Shown here: positions 1 through 7,255 of the stretch, piece after piece
Position numbering within the stretch: position 1 is the stretch's first letter
How the letters are laid out: every line of letters begins with the position of its first letter
Assembly: GCA_965371285.1 (NCBI GenBank)
Contig: CBDUXU010000001.1
Location: 1-44,780 of the forward strand
DNA: 44,780 nucleotides
From: an uncultured bacterium
GTDB taxonomy: Bacteria; Desulfobacterota; GWC2-55-46; DRQE01
Direction: 5' to 3'
The notes under the pieces: model-generated
The model's input: only the letters and a program-made list of their open reading frames with translations
What the model was told of the DNA's origin: nothing
The model's database searches: none
Position numbers and translations under genes: made by a program

Positions 1-795
1 ATCAAAAGCGGTACGGGCATCTGATATTAAGTCGCCTGTCATGAAAGCTTCTTTTTTAACAAGGTAGGGAATTTTGATTTCCTCACCTGTAATAGAATCA
101 ATTGATTTTTGATAAAGTATTTCAGACCCCGCAGGCGCGCCGAATCTCTCTGCCTCCACCGGGTCGTTGTCTTCGTCTAACATCTTAAACTCAAGCACGG
201 CAGTTCTGCCAATAAGGTCTATTGCTCTTTTTGTATCTTTTATACCGGGGAGCTGGATGACAACCTGGTCCTGGCCTTGCCTTTGTATAAGAGGCTCAGT
301 TACTCCGAACTTGTCAATCCTGTTTCTTATGGTCTCCAGAGCCTGCGAGAGAGCCCACTTCTTTAATCTCTCTACTTCTACCTCAGTTATCTTGTAATGA
401 AGCTTTCCATCTTTATCCTCAGGAGAATCGAAGATAAAAAATTCCTCTTTCATAATTTTTTGTACATCTGCCTCAGAGTTCTCTCCTGCATAGGCAATTG
501 CAATTTCAGATTGTCCGACTTTTTTAACAGAAAGAACAATAACATTCCTGTCTTCCATAATGTTTTCTATGCCATCGGCAAGCCTTTGGGTGAAGTTTTC
601 AATGGCTGCTTCCCTGTCAACCTGCAGGACCAGGTGCATACCGCCTTGGAGGTCCAGACCGAGAACAATCTTTGGAACACTATCTACCAAAAAGGAAGGC
701 AGTTTATTTGATAGAGGCGTTGACGGCAAAAAAAGCATGAGAGCTACAAATGTAAACCCTCCGAGAAGTAAAAAACGCCCTAAAATGGATTGCAT
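1..795 (-). CDS. secD: Protein translocase subunit SecD, N-terminal part (runs off the left edge)
   Basis: Not in the ORF track because it is edge-truncated. My minus-strand translation from the ATG at 793-795 reads MQSILGRFLLLGGFTFVALMLF...VPKIVLGLDLQGGMHLVLQVDREAAIENF...VIQLPGIKDTKRAIDLIGRTAVLEFK and stays open for 265 codons to position 1. AAGGAG lies 8 nt upstream. The gene follows yajC, as in the queA-tgt-yajC-secD arrangement. Confidence 0.85.
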   Translation of the reverse strand, partial: MQSILGRFLLLGGFTFVALMLFLPSTPLSNKLPSFLVDSVPKIVLGLDLQGGMHLVLQVDREAAIENFTQRLADGIENIMEDRNVIVLSVKKVGQSEIAIAYAGENSEADVQKIMKEEFFIFDSPEDKDGKLHYKITEVEVERLKKWALSQALETIRNRIDKFGVTEPLIQRQGQDQVVIQLPGIKDTKRAIDLIGRTAVLEFKMLDEDNDPVEAERFGAPAGSEILYQKSIDSITGEEIKIPYLVKKEAFMTGDLISDARTAFD

Positions 796-857
796 GAAAA
801 TATCTCCTTAAAAAATTTTATCAAACTTATACGATAACTTATTTAACGATACTATTA

Positions 858-1229
858 TTATTTTGTAACCTCTGGGGTTATAGCGCTCTCTGCAGTAATG
901 TTGATGGCAACCGCTTCTTTGCTGAATTTAACCTTTACACCCTCTGCTATAGAAAGGGTGATGCTGTCATCACCAACAGAGGTTACTGTACCATGTATTC
1001 CGCCATTAGTTATAACTTTATCTCCATCATTTAGGGCTGCTACCATGTCGCGGTGCTGGGCTAGTTTTTTACTTTGAGGTTTTATGACTAATATATAAAA
1101 TATTACAAAGAGTATTACCAGAAGGCCAAAATTGGCAATCCCTCCTAATGCCCCTCCTGCTGCGGCTTCTTCTGCCTTTGCAACGCCGGTAAAAAATACT
1201 GACATTATAGTAACTAATAAAAATTTCAT
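858..1229 (-). CDS. yajC: Preprotein translocase subunit YajC
   Basis: 123 aa with a TM helix followed by KPQSKKLAQHRDMVAALNDGDKVITNGGIHGTV, a YajC-like core. It lies between tgt and secD. Confidence 0.85.
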   Translation of the reverse strand: MKFLLVTIMSVFFTGVAKAEEAAAGGALGGIANFGLLVILFVIFYILVIKPQSKKLAQHRDMVAALNDGDKVITNGGIHGTVTSVGDDSITLSIAEGVKVKFSKEAVAINITAESAITPEVTK

Positions 1230-1260
1230 TATTAAAACTCTCCTTTTATTTACTGGCTGT

Positions 1261-2409
<1,149 letters not shown>

Positions 2410-2444
2410 TCAAAAGGTTAAACATTTGTGTTTATGCCAGTGCC

Positions 2445-2461
2445 AACTGTCTGCGACAGTT
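2445..2461. repeat. Palindrome AACTGTC-TGC-GACAGTT (same element as 9857-9869 and 9965-9979)
   Basis: Read directly, in the queA-tgt spacer. CTGTCTGCGACAG recurs at 9857-9869, with one change at 9967-9979, and partially at 30438-30448. Confidence 0.7.
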
Positions 2462-2525
2462 TTATACGGGTCATATTATGGCAAGAATTAAAAAACCATT
2501 TAATTGTACAATGGTCATTACATGA

Positions 2526-2544
2526 GGCAGGGCTTGCCCCTGCC
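2526..2544 (-). terminator. Stem-loop GGCAGGG-CTTGC-CCCTGCC 7 nt after the queA stop
   Basis: 7-bp GC-rich stem read directly, with no U-tract. Confidence 0.35.
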
Positions 2545-2551
2545 CTATAAT

Positions 2552-3664
2552 TTACTTCGGCGTGTCGCCGACTAGCATGCAGTCGCCATAACTAAAAAAG
2601 CGATATTTTTCTTTTACTGCTTCCTTGTATGCATCCATTGTAAAGTCCGTTCCTGCAAATGCACTAACTAACATTATAAGGCTACTCTCGGGAAGGTGGA
2701 AGTTTGTCAGGAGCGCGTCCACTACCTTGAACTGGTAGCCTGGGTATATAAATATGTCAGTCTCGCCGGTTAACCTGTCTTTAGTTAAGTCGCCATTATC
2801 ATTTTTGCCAATAGCAGCCTCTAAGGTTCTTGTTACTGTAGTCCCTACTGCTACAACTCTCCCACCATTTTTTTTAGTAGAGACTATATCATCATAAACA
2901 CTTTGTGGTACAGAGTACCACTCTGATGGTACTTTGTGGTCTTCAATATTTTCTACTCTTATTGGCAAGAAAGTTCCGGGACCTGTGTGGAGTGTAATAA
3001 AACCTACCTTAACCCCTTTAGCTTTTATCTTACCCAGCACCTCTTCGGTAAAGTGTAGGCCTGCCGTTGGCGCTGCAACTGCCTTTGCCTTGGAGGTGTC
3101 AGAGAATACTGTTTGATATCTCTCTCTATCACTCTCTTCTGACTCTCTATCTAAATAAGGAGGAAGTGGCATAACACCCACTGCCTCTAAAACAGTTTCA
3201 AAATCTCCGCCAATTGCCTTTAAGCTCACTATACAAAAACCATCATCGCCTTTTTCAACAAGAGTGACTTCCAGCGACTTGTCGCCACTTTCGAAGGTAA
3301 TTACATCATCAGGTTTTAAACTTTTACCACCCTTAAGCATTGCCTGCCAGGGTGTGACACCCAACGCCGTGACGCCACCGCTCGCACCCTCTAATTGCTT
3401 AATGAGTAAGACTTCTACCTTGCCGCCTGTTTGTTTTTTGCCCAACAGGCGAGCCGGAATAACAGTCGTGTCGTTTAGCACTAGTAAGTCGCCCGGGTTC
3501 AGGTAGTCTATGAAATCGGTAAACTGCTTGTGGTTTATGGACTTTTCCTTGCAATCCAAGACCATCATCCTTGAGTCTTCCCTTTTATCTAGTGGGTACT
3601 TGGCAATAAGCTCAACGGGCAAGTGGAAGTCAAAGTCTTTGGGGGTTTGGGGGGTTAAAGTCAT
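2552..3664 (-). CDS. queA: S-adenosylmethionine:tRNA ribosyltransferase-isomerase
   Basis: 370 aa. FDFHLPVELIAKYPL N-terminus, AAPTAGLHFT, ITLHTGPGTF and VAVGTTVTRTLE are all QueA-typical. Adjacent to tgt. Confidence 0.95.
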   Translation of the reverse strand: MTLTPQTPKDFDFHLPVELIAKYPLDKREDSRMMVLDCKEKSINHKQFTDFIDYLNPGDLLVLNDTTVIPARLLGKKQTGGKVEVLLIKQLEGASGGVTALGVTPWQAMLKGGKSLKPDDVITFESGDKSLEVTLVEKGDDGFCIVSLKAIGGDFETVLEAVGVMPLPPYLDRESEESDRERYQTVFSDTSKAKAVAAPTAGLHFTEEVLGKIKAKGVKVGFITLHTGPGTFLPIRVENIEDHKVPSEWYSVPQSVYDDIVSTKKNGGRVVAVGTTVTRTLEAAIGKNDNGDLTKDRLTGETDIFIYPGYQFKVVDALLTNFHLPESSLIMLVSAFAGTDFTMDAYKEAVKEKYRFFSYGDCMLVGDTPK

Positions 3665-3693
3665 AGTTATATATATTAAGTCTTTTTAGAGAA

Positions 3694-3706
3694 GGGACTC
3701 AGTCCC
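3694..3706 (-). terminator. Palindrome GGGACT-C-AGTCCC 7 nt after the spoIID-like stop
   Basis: 6-bp arms. It shares the GACTC centre with the palindromes at 5514-5528 and 43219-43233. Confidence 0.3.
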
Positions 3707-3713
3707 CAGGCTG

Positions 3714-4853
3714 CTAATAGAGCTTTTTTATTTTTGTTCCTTTATAATAATGACGAAGGATTTTGTTATATTTATATCCTGCATCTGCCATGCCTTTGGC
3801 TCCCCACTGGCTTAGCCCCACTCCGTGGCCGGACCCGCTTCCGTAGAATATAAATTTCTTTTTTCTGTATTTAACTTTAAACTTGGTGCTCTTTATAAGC
3901 GAATAACCAATAGTACGCCTTATATCTTCGCCCTTTAATTTATGTTTCTTCCTGTCTTTGTCATATATTATAAGCTCTGCCACCCTCTTAGACCTTGTTC
4001 TCTTTGAGATTTTTACTTTTTTAATTTCTCCAATAGTAAAACCGCCCTTGGCTAGTTTCTCACGAAAAGTCCACCGAGGTATTTCATACCTCCATTCATA
4101 ATTAGGAGCTACTGCGTCGTATTTGCTGTTAACGGAGCGAAGGTAGGGAAACCTCTCGCTCCAAACATCTTCTGAATTCTCTGTCCTGCCCCCGGCGCTT
4201 GAGTGATAAACAGTGAGTGCCAAATCTCCTTTGTATATAACCACTTCACCGTAGGTAGATTTAACTGCCTTGTAAGCAGCCTTGTCTTCTTTGTCTGCGC
4301 CAATATAGACCTGGTCGGCGGTGGTGCTCTTTAAATGATAGAGTTCATTTTTTCTTTTTTCTTTTTGGTATAGGGCATAGGTACGGGCAATAACAGACTG
4401 GGTTTTAATTGCCTCAATTGGCCACTTAGAGGATATCTCACCGTTAATAAGACCTACAAGGTATAACTCAAGGGGTAGTTCGTTTATTACTAAAACACCC
4501 TTCTTGGCAGGATGGAGTTCGACCCTGCCTCGGTATTTCTTACCGTTGATTTCTATAAATTTTTTAGATGGAGTGAGTATTAAAGGAAGGTTTGCAGGTT
4601 TGTCGTTTACTTTAAAGCCCTCAGCTTCCTCATCAAAGACTAAAGATAGCTTGGGATATTGCTTTGTGCCTTTTATAAATATACTTTCCTGCGCCCCAAG
4701 TATTAAGACCCTTATGGTCGGAGAAGCTGCCATGGTCCTTGGCACTACCGCTCCCCCGCAGCCTACAACAAATAGGGCTAGAAATAATATGGTAATAAAA
4801 CTCTTAAGGGACTTTGTGGGGTTACTTCTCATCATAGGAATATAACTTATCAT
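3714..4853 (-). CDS. SpoIID/LytB-domain lipoprotein (peptidoglycan-remodelling family)
   Basis: 379 aa. Lipobox-like LFVVGCGG near the N-terminus and the SpoIID hallmark YHSSAGGRTENSEDVW, plus GHGVGLSQWGA. Confidence 0.85.
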   Translation of the reverse strand: MISYIPMMRSNPTKSLKSFITILFLALFVVGCGGAVVPRTMAASPTIRVLILGAQESIFIKGTKQYPKLSLVFDEEAEGFKVNDKPANLPLILTPSKKFIEINGKKYRGRVELHPAKKGVLVINELPLELYLVGLINGEISSKWPIEAIKTQSVIARTYALYQKEKRKNELYHLKSTTADQVYIGADKEDKAAYKAVKSTYGEVVIYKGDLALTVYHSSAGGRTENSEDVWSERFPYLRSVNSKYDAVAPNYEWRYEIPRWTFREKLAKGGFTIGEIKKVKISKRTRSKRVAELIIYDKDRKKHKLKGEDIRRTIGYSLIKSTKFKVKYRKKKFIFYGSGSGHGVGLSQWGAKGMADAGYKYNKILRHYYKGTKIKKLY

Positions 4854-4965
4854 AAACTAGTTTCACACGCTACCGTTACCCTTTGACTTAGTATTGACAT
4901 TTAAGACGAGATTGCCGCGTTGTACTCACCTTGCGGTGGTACCTCCTCGCAATGACTCCCAAATC

Positions 4966-5054
4966 CCAAAGACTTCAGAATCTAGTTAATGACATGATGT
5001 ACCTGAAAAAGAGTCCAGCGCCAGGAGCGTGACGCGTAGCAATCATTGCTCCAC
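4966..5054 (+). repeat. Composite intergenic repeat, copy 1 (module A 4966-4981, module B 4992-5011, GAGTCCAGCG, 31-nt palindromic block 5024-5054)
   Basis: The sequence reads ccaaagacttcagaat-N10-acatgatgtacctgaaaaag. The tail is identical to 38102-38132. Confidence 0.8.
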
Positions 5055-5075
5055 CCATTTAATGACTACTAAACC

Positions 5076-5134
5076 CCAAATATTTCATAATTCAAATAAA
5101 CTACATGATATACCTGAAATTGCCCCACCGCAAT
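5076..5134 (+). repeat. Composite intergenic repeat, copy 2 (module A 5076-5091, module B 5103-5122, hairpin ATTGC-N6-GCAAT 5119-5134)
   Basis: The sequence reads ccaaatatttcataat-N11-acatgatatacctgaaattg. Confidence 0.8.
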
Positions 5135-5165
5135 ATAGAAAAACTATATTTAAAACTACCAAGCT

Positions 5166-5231
5166 TCAAATACTTCAAAATGTAATAAAAAACATGATGT
5201 CACCGAAACTGAGTGCAGGTGTCACACCTGC
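5166..5231 (+). repeat. Composite intergenic repeat, copy 3 (module A 5166-5181, module B 5192-5211, palindrome GCAGGTGT-C-ACACCTGC 5215-5231)
   Basis: The sequence reads tcaaatacttcaaaat-N10-acatgatgtcaccgaaactg. The palindrome abuts the DUF2065 stop (CTAG at 5232-5235). Confidence 0.8.
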
Positions 5232-5420
5232 CTAGAAGTAGCGGATTAGGTACAAAAAAATAAGCCCTAAGACCATGGATATTAAACCCGTGATACGAAG
5301 GACTTTATCATCTACATCTTGAATCATGAGGGACCACTTCTTCACCTTCCCCGGAGAGATGAAGTAAGGAATGCCCTCTAATACTAATACAGCACCTATA
5401 ACACTTAAGATAATAGTCAT
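5232..5420 (-). CDS. Small two-TM membrane protein, DUF2065-like
   Basis: 62 aa with two hydrophobic helices and the pattern VLEGIPYFISPGKVKKW...LRITGLISMVLGL, recalled as DUF2065. Sits immediately downstream of rng. Confidence 0.6.
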   Translation of the reverse strand: MTIILSVIGAVLVLEGIPYFISPGKVKKWSLMIQDVDDKVLRITGLISMVLGLIFLYLIRYF

Positions 5421-5429
5421 GCGGTTCCA

Positions 5430-5446
5430 GCAAACGTGACGTTTGC
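5430..5446. repeat. Perfect palindrome GCAAACGT-G-ACGTTTGC 9 nt upstream of the DUF2065 start codon
   Basis: 8-bp arms read directly. The CGTGACG core recurs at 5029-5035, 38107-38113, 42969-42975 and, as its reverse complement, at 44099-44105. Confidence 0.7.
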
Positions 5447-5465
5447 ATCCAATTAAAAAAACAAG

Positions 5466-5528
5466 TCAATACTTTAATAAGCCATCAAAAACATGATGTA
5501 CCTGAAACTGTCAGCGGCGACTCGCCGC
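5466..5528 (+). repeat. Composite intergenic repeat, copy 4 (module A 5466-5480, module B 5491-5510, palindrome GCGGCGA-C-TCGCCGC 5514-5528)
   Basis: The sequence reads tcaatactttaataa-N10-acatgatgtacctgaaactg. The palindrome abuts the rng stop (CTAG at 5529-5532). Confidence 0.8.
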
Positions 5529-7118
5529 CTAGACGATTTCGAATTCTTCTTGTGTGAATTCATTTATAGGCTTGATGGCAATTTTCTTTTTGAACTTCTT
5601 GCGTAGGTTGTCTAACACCTCCGGTGTTTCGTCTATCCTGTCTGCCACTACGGGGCTTACGTATACTATTGCCTTGCGCCATTTTTTTGGAAGCAGGGTA
5701 AGTAGTTCGCGGTAGATTTCCATTATAATTGTGTCTTTTGCTTTTATAAGCCCGTTACCTTCGCAAAGGGGGCATGGCTCACAAAGAGACTGTGCGATGG
5801 ATTCGCGAGTTCTTTTGCGGGTCATTTCTACAAGTCCAAGCTCGCTGACTTTCAAGATATTAGTGCGGGCCTTATCGGAGCGAAGTGCGTCTTTTAGTAC
5901 GCGATAAACCTTCTCTCTGTTGGCCTGTACAGTCATGTCAATAAAGTCGCAGACTATAATACCTCCTATGTTACGGAGGCGTACTTGGCGCACGATTTCT
6001 TTAATTGCTTCCAAGTTGGTTTTTAGGATTGTATCTTCGGAGTTCTTTTTACCTACGAATTTACCGGTGTTAACATCTATTGCAGTCAGTGCTTCCATCT
6101 GGTCTATGACTATGTGTCCGCCGGATTTTAGCCATACCTTGACTTCGATGGCATTTTGAAGCTCCAGTTCTATTCCGTGGCTGTCAAACAAAGTGGTAGA
6201 ACCTTTGTAGAGTTCTATCTTGCCTCTTAGCTCCGGTACGAAGTTTTCTGTAAATCCAATTGCCCTGTCGTATTCTTCTTTTGAGTCGATTATGAACTTG
6301 GAGACATCCCTGCTCATTGTGTCTCTGATTGTTCTAAGTGTTAGGTCCAGTTCTTCAAGAAGCATATTTGGGTTTCCACCCTTTTCTGCCTTTTCTAGGA
6401 TTCCGTGCCAGAGCATAATAAGGAATTCCATATCTGCTTCTATATCTTCTTTGCTAACCCCCTCGCAAACAGTTCTTACGATAAAGCCGTAATTATTGTC
6501 TCCGCGCAATCCTTTTATGATTGACCTAAGGCGACGGCGTTCTTTGTCGCTTTGTATTCTTCTTGATACGCCTATTCTGGTATAAGTAGGCATGAGGACC
6601 AGATATCTCCCCGGTAGGGAAACATAGGATGTTACGCGGGCGCCTTTTGTGCCTATTGGCTCTTTGGCAACCTGCACCATGATAGTTTGACCTTCTTTTA
6701 CCAGGTCTTGAATTCTGGCGTCTTTATCGGTACGGCCTCTGCCGCGGCCGGCTTTATAACCTTTGGGAGAACTGTCCCTGCCACCGGATTTTGGCCTTTC
6801 TGAGCCTGTACTTGCCTGGGCCTCAGCCTCTTCTTTTTTATCTTCTCTAAATTCGTCTTCTTCTTCTTCGAGGTCTTCATCCTCATGTTTTATGTCTGAT
6901 ACATGGAGAAAGGCCGTTCTGTCCAGCCCCACTTCTACAAAGGCTGCCTGCATTCCGGGCAGAACCCTGACGATGGTACCTTTGTAAATGTTTCCTGTAA
7001 TTCCTCTGTCTTTTGCTCGCTCTACATAGAGCTCCACAAGGCTGTTGTCTTCAACAACAGCAAGGCGAGCCTCAAATGGATTTGAGTTCACCAGTATATC
7101 TCTTTTTTTTGGTTTCAA
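5529..7118 (-). CDS. rng: Rne/Rng family ribonuclease (RNase G-like, compact 529 aa)
   Basis: S1-domain start (GNIYKGTIVRVLPGMQAAFVEVG), KEPIGTKGARVT, and a DNase I-like core (IVIDQMEALTAIDVNTGKF, GGIIVCDFIDM). TTG start at 7116-7118 with AGGA upstream. Confidence 0.9.
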   Translation of the reverse strand: MKPKKRDILVNSNPFEARLAVVEDNSLVELYVERAKDRGITGNIYKGTIVRVLPGMQAAFVEVGLDRTAFLHVSDIKHEDEDLEEEEDEFREDKKEEAEAQASTGSERPKSGGRDSSPKGYKAGRGRGRTDKDARIQDLVKEGQTIMVQVAKEPIGTKGARVTSYVSLPGRYLVLMPTYTRIGVSRRIQSDKERRRLRSIIKGLRGDNNYGFIVRTVCEGVSKEDIEADMEFLIMLWHGILEKAEKGGNPNMLLEELDLTLRTIRDTMSRDVSKFIIDSKEEYDRAIGFTENFVPELRGKIELYKGSTTLFDSHGIELELQNAIEVKVWLKSGGHIVIDQMEALTAIDVNTGKFVGKKNSEDTILKTNLEAIKEIVRQVRLRNIGGIIVCDFIDMTVQANREKVYRVLKDALRSDKARTNILKVSELGLVEMTRKRTRESIAQSLCEPCPLCEGNGLIKAKDTIIMEIYRELLTLLPKKWRKAIVYVSPVVADRIDETPEVLDNLRKKFKKKIAIKPINEFTQEEFEIV

Positions 7119-7255
7119 TTTTCCTATTGCCTTTTCGTTTTTTTACTGACCAGGCGTACTGAAAACAACATAATAACGGCGTAAACCACTTGAATTTCAA
7201 GCAGTTACACTTTCGAGAACCGAAATTACTTGCTATATCTATCTAATATAAAAAA

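Noticed and set aside
167-811. Three plus-strand ORFs (167..397, 397..711, 560..811) at the left edge.
   Set aside because: They are antisense to a clean SecD N-terminal reading frame on the minus strand (LGLDLQGGMHLVLQVD...). Their translations are low-complexity.
5091-5103. Possible RNA pairing between module B (UACAUCAU) and module A (AUGAAGUA). An apparent compensatory change appears in copy 2, where C to U is matched by G to A.
   Set aside because: The pairing holds at 7/8 only in copies 2, 5 and 6, and drops to 5/8 in copies 1 and 3. One covariation is within chance expectation.
5029-5235. Track ORFs lying inside the repeat arrays (5029..5235 and 43201..43467). Also the idea that module B (ATGATGTACCTGAAACTG, encoding MMYLKL) starts a family of leaderless micro-ORFs driven by the CATAAT of module A.
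   Set aside because: The peptide sequence after the first ~6 codons is unrelated between copies. Lengths vary from 12 aa to read-through into antisense genes. No Shine-Dalgarno is present, and the -35 positions are poor (AAAGCA, AAGGCA, TGACTC). Conservation looks nucleotide-level, not protein-level. This is not fully excluded; Ribo-seq would settle it.
4966-5528. Whether the tandem repeats form a CRISPR array.
   Set aside because: The units are ~60-105 nt with irregular spacing. The conserved part is longer than the variable part, and the variable part is itself palindromic. No cas genes are present, and copies are dispersed singly at gene ends.
6698-6886. 62-aa minus-strand ORF (MRMKTSKKKK...) inside rng.
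   Set aside because: It is an alternative frame of the charged-linker region of the RNase G-like gene. Its Lys-rich translation comes from GAA/GAG-rich DNA and it has no independent support.
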